A DNA stretch of 64,000 bases. Source: a virus. The notes beneath the pieces are model-generated. The model ran no database searches, was not told where the DNA came from, and worked only from the letters and a program-made list of their open reading frames with translations. Position numbers and translations under genes: made by a program. The stretch lies in the IMG/VR virus record IMGVR_UViG_3300022745_000020, positions 83,903 to 147,902 of that record. One strand, given 5' to 3'. Shown one piece after another: positions 27,976-36,760 of the stretch. Position 1 is the first letter of the stretch, and each line of letters opens with the position of its first letter.

Positions 27976-28051
27976 TCGCGTCAGCTGCATGGGTGAGTAC
28001 ATCTCACCCATGCAGTCCTACTCTTTCTTTTTTTTTCTTTTTTCACGAGTG

Positions 28052-28088
28052 TTGCAATTTAATATGGGTACATATTATCCACTTGGAT
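28052..28088 (+). promoter_or_regulatory. putative early promoter
   Basis: TTGCAATTTAATATGGGTACATATTATCCACTTGGA; core CATATTAT at 28071-28078. Confidence 0.6.
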
Positions 28089-28129
28089 ACTGTTACGAGT
28101 ATTTTTCAACTCACCCAAAGGGGATCAAC

Positions 28130-28510
28130 ATGAATGACATCGAACGAACCTGGAAGCAGTCAGTATTTCGCAAGAGCATGATCGGCATGGGCTTTTTCAT
28201 CACCCACTGTGATGCGCAATCCATCATCATCTCTACGGATGTCGAGCAAGATGCAAAAGGCCCAGTACCTGCACTGTCGGTGATGACTATTCTGAACTCC
28301 ATCTACCGTCTACCCAACAGCTTCATCAAGAAGCTCGACATGATATTCCAGCCAAAGAGCGTGGTGATCTCGATAGAGTTCGAAGCTCAGGTGCAACTCT
28401 TCGATGAATACTTCGATGCTGCGCTGATGAAAGTGATCGAGGACTTTCGACACAGTCGAAGTGTACACGCAGTAGCTCATGAGCTGCACATGAACTATCT
28501 GGAAAACTGA
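28130..28510 (+). CDS. hypothetical early protein
   Basis: RBS AAGGGG before ATG 28130. Confidence 0.75.
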   Translation: MNDIERTWKQSVFRKSMIGMGFFITHCDAQSIIISTDVEQDAKGPVPALSVMTILNSIYRLPNSFIKKLDMIFQPKSVVISIEFEAQVQLFDEYFDAALMKVIEDFRHSRSVHAVAHELHMNYLEN

Positions 28511-28563
28511 TACCGTGTCAGCCGCTCACAATAAGGCACTCCACACCTACATGGAAAACCACC

Positions 28564-28977
28564 ATGTTCACAAACGCTTACAATGCATTTAAGAAGAAGC
28601 TCGACGCCACTGACATCGGTGACTGGTTCACAGCCTCATCTGAGTATGAATTGCAACAGTTCTACATTCACCGACTGGACGCACTGATAAAAGCAGGTCG
28701 TGAATGTGGTTACTGTATCTTACCTCATGGATCGCTATGCCGAGATTTGGATCTGGTTGCGCTACCTTGGGTGGAAGATGCGGTAGATAAAGATGAATTG
28801 TACTACCGTTTGGCGTTAGCTGCCAGTCCGGGTGTCCCCCGAAAGAAATATGCGGTATGGGAAGTCAAACCCCATGGACGCAGAGCCTGCTCTGTCCCCA
28901 TATGCATGATCGACTACTCCGATACCAGAGATGGAGTCGGGCATATCGATCTGAGTGTCATGGTGCAGGAGGTGTGA
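28564..28977 (+). CDS. minimal nucleotidyltransferase-like protein
   Basis: LPHGSLCRDLDLVALPW resembles the pol-beta superfamily GS...DxD motif; downstream HIDLSV supplies a possible third Asp. Confidence 0.6.
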   Translation: MFTNAYNAFKKKLDATDIGDWFTASSEYELQQFYIHRLDALIKAGRECGYCILPHGSLCRDLDLVALPWVEDAVDKDELYYRLALAASPGVPRKKYAVWEVKPHGRRACSVPICMIDYSDTRDGVGHIDLSVMVQEV

Positions 28978-28983
28978 CCTATC

Positions 28984-29421
28984 ATGGACGAGTTATCTCT
29001 TATCCGCAAATCTCTTCTCCACTGCCAAGCTGTTGCGCGCAGCGTACTGCCGGTGGTGGAGACTGTTTTGTATAGAGGCAGCACTGTACATATAGGCGCT
29101 CAGGTGATCTTGGATCATCGACTCTGCATGCCTGGATGGATAATGGGCAACGTGTGTACATCCATCTTGAATGGAGATGAGCAGACCGCAGATAGTCGAG
29201 TGGCTATCACTTATGTGAATGAAAAACCAGTGAGTGCCTGTCTGGCATTTTGCAGACCTGACGAAAAGGATCCAGAAGTCCATACGTTCACCAAGTGGGC
29301 ATACCGCAGATGCGGGTATGGTACACTGGCAGTGGTGGCCACTGGAGTGCAAGACTTCGACTACCGCATAGGTCGAAGTGAAGAGGAAACTGTAGGCTTT
29401 TACGAGAGCCTGTCCAACTGA
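28984..29421 (+). CDS. GNAT-family acetyltransferase-like protein
   Basis: VHTFTKWAYRRCGYGTLAV (acetyl-CoA-binding motif A, R/QxxGxG) and C-terminal GFYE. Confidence 0.65.
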   Translation: MDELSLIRKSLLHCQAVARSVLPVVETVLYRGSTVHIGAQVILDHRLCMPGWIMGNVCTSILNGDEQTADSRVAITYVNEKPVSACLAFCRPDEKDPEVHTFTKWAYRRCGYGTLAVVATGVQDFDYRIGRSEEETVGFYESLSN

Positions 29422-29451
29422 CCCTAACAAGCGAAAAAGGAACCAAAGATC

Positions 29452-30780
29452 ATGACTACCCACACACTCGAACAAAAGATCATCGACACCATCGAAGGTG
29501 GAACGAAGATTGCTGTAGGACGAATCCAGTCGCTGTCCAAGACGTATAATGATAATCTGACTGTATACGAGCTGAATGTGCACCTTAGACTGCGAAATGA
29601 CATCACGATACCAGATTGGTGCACACGCATGACTTCGAGGATTTCCGTGCTACTGCACAATCATGGTTACTCCGAATACAGCGGACCACTGACATACGGC
29701 ACAGCACCTACATTTGAACTAATGGCCATCGATCCGATCAATGGCGCTGGAGTGCATGTGATTGTGCGAGTCATGCATTCCGAACAGGCTGCAAAAGACC
29801 ACGTAAATGACAAAGATCTTAAGTCTCAGAAAAAGACCTGCTCCGGCCAATGTGGATCCTGCCAATGTAAGGATCCCTCGTCGCAAAGCTCCACTCCTGC
29901 TCAGCAAGTTCCCGAATGGCGCGGGATTCAAAGGTCGGATTTTCATTCCCATGAGCTGTCTATGATGAAAGCCAACTTTGCTACTGCGCGCACTTTAATC
30001 ACGGATAAGCAACCTGAGCTGAGGGCATTTTCCGACAATGTCATCTTGGATATCCTCAATGACAGCGGCATGCACCTGATCGAAGGTAACCGAGAGCTGG
30101 TTGCTGGTGTATTTGTACAAGCTGCTCGTAAGCTGATTGAAAGCTGTTACACCAAGTTCTCGTCAGTCAAACCGAATACCGACACCACCCCCACCACTGA
30201 AGAAAATCAAATGGTGCGAGTTTGCTCGGGTTGCCTGCGCACACAACAAGAAATGCTTACGGCTGGTGGGTGTGATAGTCAGCGATGTGGAAATATGGTC
30301 GATATGACCAGAGAGGCTCTGGAGTACAATAAGAAATCCAGGCGTGATCTTGATGACCGGTTGCGAGAGGCGGCTCAAAAGGCAGTCCAAGAGAAATCTG
30401 TGGACACGTCGAGTTCCAAAGATACGTCTCATGACAAGGATGGTGCTCAGAAGGAGACCATTAACATTTATCGTTTCACCATTCCTAGCGATGGTGGTCA
30501 GGTTCTCGCGGTGATCGGGGAGGCTGGCGGTGGTCAAGGTGCAGTTCCTCAGCCGACTGCGACTGATCGTCCCAGATTCGTGGCCAGTAGTTTTCACAAG
30601 ATCCAAACCGATGGGGTGGTCGTGCCAGACTCCCTGATTCGAGAGATTCTCATGAAACACGGATACACGATCAAAGAAGGTCAAACGGATCTGAAACCGT
30701 GCGTTTATGAAGGTGCGAGGGAGTTGATCGGACTGGTTTTGGAACAATGCGGATTGAAGTTGAATAAGATCCGTAACTAA
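29452..30780 (+). CDS. mosaic multi-module protein with two Cys clusters
   Basis: 442 aa; CSGQCGSCQC and CSGC..GCDSQRC; RBS AAGGA; followed by hairpin 30788-30827. Confidence 0.8.
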   Translation: MTTHTLEQKIIDTIEGGTKIAVGRIQSLSKTYNDNLTVYELNVHLRLRNDITIPDWCTRMTSRISVLLHNHGYSEYSGPLTYGTAPTFELMAIDPINGAGVHVIVRVMHSEQAAKDHVNDKDLKSQKKTCSGQCGSCQCKDPSSQSSTPAQQVPEWRGIQRSDFHSHELSMMKANFATARTLITDKQPELRAFSDNVILDILNDSGMHLIEGNRELVAGVFVQAARKLIESCYTKFSSVKPNTDTTPTTEENQMVRVCSGCLRTQQEMLTAGGCDSQRCGNMVDMTREALEYNKKSRRDLDDRLREAAQKAVQEKSVDTSSSKDTSHDKDGAQKETINIYRFTIPSDGGQVLAVIGEAGGGQGAVPQPTATDRPRFVASSFHKIQTDGVVVPDSLIREILMKHGYTIKEGQTDLKPCVYEGARELIGLVLEQCGLKLNKIRN

Positions 30781-30856
30781 AGTGTCACACATAGACCCCA
30801 GTGCATCGTCGCACTGGGGTCTATGTGCATCTATCTTTTTCTCCCCACCCTCACGA

Positions 30857-30892
30857 TTGCAAAATACTACAATCGCACATCATAAATTAGAG
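30857..30892 (+). promoter_or_regulatory. putative early promoter (degenerate)
   Basis: TTGCAAAATACTACAATCGCACATCATAAATTAGAG; core CACATCAT at 30876-30883. Confidence 0.5.
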
Positions 30893-30988
30893 CCGCTGCA
30901 TTCAACACTCTGTCGACTAGAGATTAATCGCGTCGCATAAAAGTGCAGATTTAGTTTATCAACGTACAAACCTACCGGAGAATCAAAC

Positions 30989-31240
30989 ATGACTACTATT
31001 GAGAAAGAGATCACCTTCTTCCTGAGACAACGCGGTCTTTGGGAAGAGGAGGCCAAGATCGTCATCGAAGAGATGAAGAATAAGGGGTCTGCAGTCCCAA
31101 CAGACTTGAAATGGGGATCAAATGTCGATGACTACCCCACTGGCGCGTTGCGCATCTTGAAGACGGCGGCCAAACGAGCTGCTCTGAATTACATCGACCA
31201 CAAAGCGCCGAAGCATTGGGCTCGCGGCAATTTCGAGTAA
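30989..31240 (+). CDS. small hypothetical phage protein
   Basis: 83 aa, RBS GGAG. Confidence 0.8.
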   Translation: MTTIEKEITFFLRQRGLWEEEAKIVIEEMKNKGSAVPTDLKWGSNVDDYPTGALRILKTAAKRAALNYIDHKAPKHWARGNFE

Positions 31241-31267
31241 ATCATTCATCATGCAGGAACTTCCATC

Positions 31268-31981
31268 ATGTCTACTCACAGTGGTAACACCAGTTTCATC
31301 GGGGTCTGCAGCCTGCTGGGCATTCACTGGGGGATGGGACAAGAGACCCTCAGTGCGAACGCCACCTACTATTCCCAACCGACCAACGCGAGACTGGTGC
31401 GGGCAGTGCATACCGTATTAATGACGTGCATCAATAACGAACGCGCTTCGCTCTCTCACCAATTCAGTTGTGCCCTGACCCAATCGGGCGCTAGTCTCAT
31501 GATGCTGATTTGGGTGTGCAATACTGACAGCCTGGATAAGATCCTGGAGCGTGCGCTGGTGAACGGAACTGACATTCCCTGGACCGTCACCTTCATGAAC
31601 GCGGTCAATGAAACCCTCATCGGTCGGGAGTTCAAGCTGAAGTCTCGACCCGTCTGTCCTACTCCCCCCAGTGTGCAAGCTGTGGATCCGAAATTGACGA
31701 TCCTTGAGGGAGACTACTCGCCCAGTCTTGTTGCTGAGGAGCTGGTGCGTGCCATCAAGCTCGCGCAATGGTGTTCTAAGCCTATGGATGACCCCTACAC
31801 GCGGGCGTTGATTGGTAAGCTGGTGCAGATGTATTTCTCTACCGACCACAACCATACAGTGCCAAGTGGTGAGTCCTATGTCCACACACCGTTGACCAAA
31901 GTCAGACAAGATTCAAAGATGGAGACTTCACATCCGCGATATAGTGAGGTTGAAAAGAAAGACTTCCTTGCTCACAAATAG
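31268..31981 (+). CDS. hypothetical protein
   Basis: 237 aa, RBS AGGA. Confidence 0.7.
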   Translation: MSTHSGNTSFIGVCSLLGIHWGMGQETLSANATYYSQPTNARLVRAVHTVLMTCINNERASLSHQFSCALTQSGASLMMLIWVCNTDSLDKILERALVNGTDIPWTVTFMNAVNETLIGREFKLKSRPVCPTPPSVQAVDPKLTILEGDYSPSLVAEELVRAIKLAQWCSKPMDDPYTRALIGKLVQMYFSTDHNHTVPSGESYVHTPLTKVRQDSKMETSHPRYSEVEKKDFLAHK

Positions 31982-32088
31982 GGCCCGAATGGGAAAGAGA
32001 ATATACCAACATCTGGGTCAAACAAGGAGATTGATCATGCACATGTCTCACGTCACCCGTTCTCATATACGTAACTTCCGGAGCGTAT

Positions 32089-32259
32089 ATGAGCAGGTCC
32101 AACAAGTCATACCTTCGCAGGAATCCTCCTAAGAGCCTGCGAAAGATTGCAAAGCGTCAAATTCGAGCAGTGGAGAAATCCCGTCTGCGCAGGATGGAAG
32201 AATACCAATCCATCTCCAACAAACTCTACAGCGACTTCATGGGGAGCTGGTGGTGGTGA
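32089..32259 (+). CDS. small highly basic protein (56 aa, not in ORF track)
   Basis: RBS GGAG; MSRSNKSYLRRNPPKSLRKIAKRQIRAVEKSRLRRMEEYQSISNKLYSDFMGSWWW. Confidence 0.65.
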   Translation: MSRSNKSYLRRNPPKSLRKIAKRQIRAVEKSRLRRMEEYQSISNKLYSDFMGSWWW

Positions 32260-32331
32260 GGTAATAGGTGAGTGCGGATATTGATATCCACACTCGTTGA
32301 TCATTCACACGAAAGACAGGAGAAAAGAATC

Positions 32332-32553
32332 ATGACCAAGAAAATCGTCAAAGAAGATGGTGACTGTTATTTCAATGACGAAATCACCATTGCACGGTAG
32401 TGGATAACCAGGACTCCCGGCGGGAATAGATTTAATGGACGCTGGGTCGCCCGCAATCCTCAAGGGGATATCCTTGACTTCGACACGTATGTCAACGACA
32501 TCCTCGAGAGATTGGGCTTAGAGGTCGAGAGGGCTCCGACCCTCCCCACGTAA
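32332..32553 (+). pseudogene. 73-codon gene interrupted by an in-frame TAG at 32398-32400
   Basis: RBS AGGAG; frame stays open and protein-like after the TAG (WITRTPGGNRFNGRWVARNPQGDILDFDTYVNDIL...) to TAA at 32553. Confidence 0.6.
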
Positions 32554-32586
32554 GCAACTTCACTTCAAAGTAAAGGAAACATAGTC

Positions 32587-33054
32587 ATGACCACGCAACA
32601 CATCACCCCCGAGCAGATCGAGCATGCCATCAAAATGTCCACTGTGGCCGATGGTATCGTTGATTTCAGTTATATCTTCGATGTGACTTATGGTGATGGA
32701 AATGAGATCCATTCATACTGGATTTGGTTGGAGTACATCGATCTGGATAAAAACTCAACGCGCATCCCCGGCGTGAACACTCGAGAAGCAATCTGTAAGC
32801 TTTTCGATGATGGATTCTACTACGTGGCAGCCAATTGCCGTAAACCGCCCTCCGAGCAAGGTGGAGAGATGATCGAACATATCAAATCCCATCCGTTGAG
32901 GACACAAAACCATTGCACTCAGTATATCATCCAACCCCAAGGTGCTGAGGGCACTCAGATCAATCTCATCTTCTCCAATCGCAATGCGAGTTCAGCAGTG
33001 GTGTGCACGAACGACGAGTATCCGGACTGGCTCACCAAGGTCGTTGCGATCTGA
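32587..33054 (+). CDS. hypothetical protein
   Basis: 155 aa, RBS AAAGGA. Confidence 0.75.
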   Translation: MTTQHITPEQIEHAIKMSTVADGIVDFSYIFDVTYGDGNEIHSYWIWLEYIDLDKNSTRIPGVNTREAICKLFDDGFYYVAANCRKPPSEQGGEMIEHIKSHPLRTQNHCTQYIIQPQGAEGTQINLIFSNRNASSAVVCTNDEYPDWLTKVVAI

Positions 33055-33101
33055 AGCGCAACTCATTGATCAAGAAACACTCCCTAAACGAAAGGTCAGT
33101 C

Positions 33102-33737
33102 ATGAGCACAAATGAAACTCTCCTCCAGAGCGATGGTAACATCAACTACAACGATCTCACAGATGCACTGGAGGAAGTGCATCAGTCTATGCGAGATCAT
33201 CACGCCCCAGATGACAAGCCGCAGCTGCAAGTCATCGACGTGCAAGCCACTGAAGTCCCTGAGCCGCCCGAGCGTGAGCTCACCGATGAGGAAAAAGAGC
33301 TTCAGGTCACTCAAGAAATCCTAAACATCTTCAACCCCCTGAAGGTGCTGCTCGAGCAAGTCGCTCACCTATCCAGTCTAGGCGAGGAAGGTAAGCTCTC
33401 CACTGAGCAAGCCATGCAGCTGGCTGAGCTGATCGGACACTACAATCAGTTCATCAACGAGGTGCAGTGGACTTCACCTAAGCCGATCCCTCCTTTTGAT
33501 TATGAATACTACCTCGTATCCAAGCGCTTGCTGTGGGTGAGTAAATCCACCCCGGAAAATACGCTGGTCATCGAGGTGATTCGAGTCTTCCTGATCAAAG
33601 GCATGTGTCTGATCTACGGACGACCTGCGGCCAGTGCCATCGAGTATTTCTCTAAGGCACCGCCTGCGCCTGCCCAACTCATCTTGGCGCCGCAGGACTT
33701 GGCTGGACTGGATTATACATTGGAATCGATTGACTGA
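33102..33737 (+). CDS. hypothetical acidic protein
   Basis: RBS GAAAGG before ATG 33102. Confidence 0.8.
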   Translation: MSTNETLLQSDGNINYNDLTDALEEVHQSMRDHHAPDDKPQLQVIDVQATEVPEPPERELTDEEKELQVTQEILNIFNPLKVLLEQVAHLSSLGEEGKLSTEQAMQLAELIGHYNQFINEVQWTSPKPIPPFDYEYYLVSKRLLWVSKSTPENTLVIEVIRVFLIKGMCLIYGRPAASAIEYFSKAPPAPAQLILAPQDLAGLDYTLESID

Positions 33738-33757
33738 TCTAGTCAAGGCATAACAGT

Positions 33758-33793
33758 CCCCTACACCACGGAGTAGTATCCGTGGTGTAGGGG
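33758..33793. terminator. bidirectional hairpin between convergent genes
   Basis: CCCCTACACCACGGA-gtagta-TCCGTGGTGTAGGGG. Confidence 0.8.
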
Positions 33794-33818
33794 GATCTGT
33801 TTCTTTTTTCTCTATTGT

Positions 33819-34586
33819 TTACCAACGAGCCCACTCAGGCTTATTGTCCTCAGTGAACTGCCACCCCAGAGCTTGGAAGAGCTCGATGCCTTGAGAGCGA
33901 ATGCTCTCCGTAGCGATATTGCGCACAGCGGGCTTGAGCACACCCTTGAAGTGCGCGGGCTTCAATTGCATCGCTTGGATCTCTCGATCACTCTCCAGAG
34001 TGGGAGAGTAGTACTTCTTAGCGAATTCAATACCGCTGTGCTGCACCCAATCAAACGTGACCACATGCTTGATGGTGCGATTCCACACACCTGCGATATT
34101 GACATCCTCAGTAGCACCACGCAGACTAAAGCACGTGTTCATGCGAGGATTCTTCAGTGCACTCTCGAGCGCTTGCTGGTAGGGGCCTTCTGGCTTGACC
34201 TTGGCCATGATGGTTATCTGGGGACTGCCATCGGGCTTTTTAACGCCATCGAAGTCTAACCAGAGCTCAGCGAAGTGGTGAGAGATGCGAGTCTCCTCGA
34301 TCATCATAAATCGCTCCGTATACGACTCCATCGACTGCCCAGGCAGAGGTTTGGGATGCCCGCATTCACCCGACAGAGTACTGGCCTTGACACGGCGCAT
34401 GAACAGGCTATTCGATTCGAACAGGTCCCGTGCTGCTTTATCAGCAGTGTAGTACTCACCCACGCTATTGACTGCATCGAGTGCACCGACGGGGTGAGTG
34501 TAGTAGCCGTCAGCATCGACGGGGAGTTCCCCCTTCTTATTGACGGGGAGGGTGGTGCAGGTAAACGAGATGGTGTTGTTGCTCAT
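33819..34586 (-). CDS. head maturation (prohead) serine protease (phiKZ gp175-like)
   Basis: LSGECGHP (His), ISHH, CFSLRG (Ser), VTFDWV (Asp): T4 gp21-type protease motifs. Confidence 0.88.
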   Translation of the reverse strand: MSNNTISFTCTTLPVNKKGELPVDADGYYTHPVGALDAVNSVGEYYTADKAARDLFESNSLFMRRVKASTLSGECGHPKPLPGQSMESYTERFMMIEETRISHHFAELWLDFDGVKKPDGSPQITIMAKVKPEGPYQQALESALKNPRMNTCFSLRGATEDVNIAGVWNRTIKHVVTFDWVQHSGIEFAKKYYSPTLESDREIQAMQLKPAHFKGVLKPAVRNIATESIRSQGIELFQALGWQFTEDNKPEWARW

Positions 34587-34704
34587 GGGGACTGCCTCTT
34601 TATAAAAGGGGGTATGTGGCTCGATGGATGGTGAGGTAGGGGTAGTATACCCCCAGTCAAATTAAACGTCTCTATACCATGTCCATGCGCCTGTATAGGG
34701 CGTA

Positions 34705-34741
34705 TTGCAGAAATATACAAGCATATATCATCACTACGAAT
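34705..34741 (+). promoter_or_regulatory. putative early promoter
   Basis: TTGCAGAAATATACAAGCATATATCATCACTACGAA; core TATATCAT at 34724-34731. Confidence 0.68.
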
Positions 34742-34798
34742 TGGGATAGCGAAACCCAATACACCGCTGAATCTTCAACTTCCATTGCGAGGTCAATC

Positions 34799-35029
34799 AT
34801 GTTCTCATCTGTTTTCAATTGGTCACTGGATCACTTCTCGATCGCGATGATCGGTGTGATCACCTTCTTGTTCACGATGTACATCGGGAGTGTGCTGATC
34901 CAAAAGTACCACTGCTGCGTCGGTGTCGATCAGCTGAACCTGGTGGACATCTACCGGAAGATCCTTCCGTTCATCGCGTTTTGCTCAGCCTGCGCTGGCA
35001 TGCTGATCGCACACCAGTGGGGATTGTAA
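34799..35029 (+). CDS. small membrane protein with two predicted TM helices
   Basis: RBS GAGG; hydrophobic FSIAMIGVITFLFTMYIGSVLI and ILPFIAFCSACAGMLIA. Confidence 0.7.
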   Translation: MFSSVFNWSLDHFSIAMIGVITFLFTMYIGSVLIQKYHCCVGVDQLNLVDIYRKILPFIAFCSACAGMLIAHQWGL

Positions 35030-35134
35030 GAAAATACCCACTGGTCGTATGTAGTAGATGGCTAAATCTACGAGACTCAAACCTCACACAAGGAGAGTGT
35101 ATGAAACACGATTCGGGCTGATCGAAGAGCTACC

Positions 35135-35274
35135 TTGATGTCACAGTAAGTGGAAATACCCTCCTCCGGTCCGGGAAGGGATCTTATACCCACTACAACT
35201 CCTAGATGACTGGAGTTTTTCGCTTACCAAAACCAGCTCTCGTATAGAAACAAACGGAACTGGCTGGACATCAA
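35135..35274 (+). ncRNA. candidate multibranched structured RNA or leader
   Basis: Nested helices TTGATGTC/GACATCAA, GTAAGTGGAA/TTTCGCTTAC, AACTCC/GGAGTT, CCCT/AGGG, CCAG/CTGG within a 290-nt gene-free gap. Confidence 0.5.
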
Positions 35275-35320
35275 AGTGCATACACACGTACATTTGAATA
35301 CCAACGAAAGGAAAATCCCA

Positions 35321-35794
35321 ATGAGCAAGACGAAAACCGCTGAAGGTCACGTGAGCGTGGCCGACATCTCCGCCAAGCTGCGCGACGAGGTCAAGGAAGT
35401 CGACGGCAAGCTGAACATCGACGGCGAACAGTACTACGTCCACGGCAACAACGAGGGGCTGAGTCGCCAGACACTCGACCACGTCGAGAACTACACCGGA
35501 CGCTACGCGGCTGCAGCTACTCTGGCCATCGGCAGCGCCGCGCACGACCTGATCGTCAACGGCGCCAGTGAGAGTGGAGTGGTCGAAGGTGCTGCCGAGA
35601 TCGGCCACAAGAGCCTGGAGGTGGTCTACAAGAAGGAACACTCCTTCACTCCCCCCGGTGGCGAAGCCCGTACCGTGCATGGTCACACCACTGTGCGAGT
35701 CGTGGACAAGCTCAAGGAAGTGCGTGCCGTTCGCAAGGAGCTGCAATCCGCAGCTGCTGCGGTGTGGGGAGCCCCCGAGGGCAACAACAGCTGA
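35321..35794 (+). CDS. hypothetical protein, codon bias suggests high expression
   Basis: 157 aa, RBS GAAAGGA, C/G-ending codons. Confidence 0.85.
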   Translation: MSKTKTAEGHVSVADISAKLRDEVKEVDGKLNIDGEQYYVHGNNEGLSRQTLDHVENYTGRYAAAATLAIGSAAHDLIVNGASESGVVEGAAEIGHKSLEVVYKKEHSFTPPGGEARTVHGHTTVRVVDKLKEVRAVRKELQSAAAAVWGAPEGNNS

Positions 35795-35823
35795 TCGAAA
35801 GATCAGTCGACAAACAGAGCATA

Positions 35824-35861
35824 CACCACCACACTGAGGATCACTCCTCAGTGTGGTGGTG
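35824..35861. terminator. bidirectional 17-bp stem hairpin
   Basis: CACCACCACACTGAGGA-tcac-TCCTCAGTGTGGTGGTG between convergent genes. Confidence 0.8.
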
Positions 35862-35890
35862 ATCATCTATCTATTTTTTTTTTCAGAATA

Positions 35891-36760
35891 TCACGAAGCG
35901 ATGACGGCTTGAGCCGCCAGAGACGCCGTCGAGCTGGCCAGGCCATTCATGTCAGGCTGGACCATATCGGCTTGGATACCCTTCAAGAAGGCACTGCGCA
36001 TCATCGGGTTGGCGTTGAGCTGGGAGATGTTGTTCATCACGGTCTGAGCCAGCAGCTCCACACCACGACCAGTCTGAGTCACGCCGGTCCATTGGATCGA
36101 GATCTCCAGATGTTCCATCCCGTTGGTGAGGTCACGCTTGCCCAGGATATCATTGGTGCCCTTTGGATACATACCAGCGGTCAGCCAGGCTTTGGAGACC
36201 TGGGTGTTGGTCGGATCGGGCTCCCAGCTCAGGATGGTCATGGAGTACATATCCAGCGTCATGGGGCCCACTGGTACACCGCTGACCGTGTTGATCATCG
36301 GAGTCTTGGTCTCCGGATCCATGATCAGATAGGTGATCCAGTCGTGCAGCATGTTCTGGAAAGGACGACCATACAGATCGACCACTGTGCACTGCGGATT
36401 GGTGCGCTCACGGGTGACGTTGGTGGGCGTCTCCAGGATCTCACCAGCCCCACCGACGGTGGACTCAGTGGTAGCCACAGTCAGGCCGCTGTTGAAGCCT
36501 TCCCAGGAGATGGCATGCAGCTCCACGAGGGACTTCAGTGCCGCCAGATAAAACTCACTGTTGGGCAGTTGCGAAAACCCCAGAGGGGCTTCCATGACCA
36601 TGTGGCGAGTGTGATTGCGCCGATACTTGGTCGAGCTGACCAGTTGCGACAGATCCACAGCGGTGCCATGCTGGCCACCGAAGCGTGGATCCAGGATGGG
36701 TTCTTGTCGACCATAGGCATAGGCCTTGTCGGTCATCAGAGCGTTGGGTAGACGAGCCAT
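35891..36760 (-). CDS. tail tube protein (phiKZ gp30-like)
   Basis: 289 aa directly downstream of the sheath; EPDP...KAWL...MYP motif; RBS AAGGAG. Confidence 0.85.
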   Translation of the reverse strand: MARLPNALMTDKAYAYGRQEPILDPRFGGQHGTAVDLSQLVSSTKYRRNHTRHMVMEAPLGFSQLPNSEFYLAALKSLVELHAISWEGFNSGLTVATTESTVGGAGEILETPTNVTRERTNPQCTVVDLYGRPFQNMLHDWITYLIMDPETKTPMINTVSGVPVGPMTLDMYSMTILSWEPDPTNTQVSKAWLTAGMYPKGTNDILGKRDLTNGMEHLEISIQWTGVTQTGRGVELLAQTVMNNISQLNANPMMRSAFLKGIQADMVQPDMNGLASSTASLAAQAVIAS

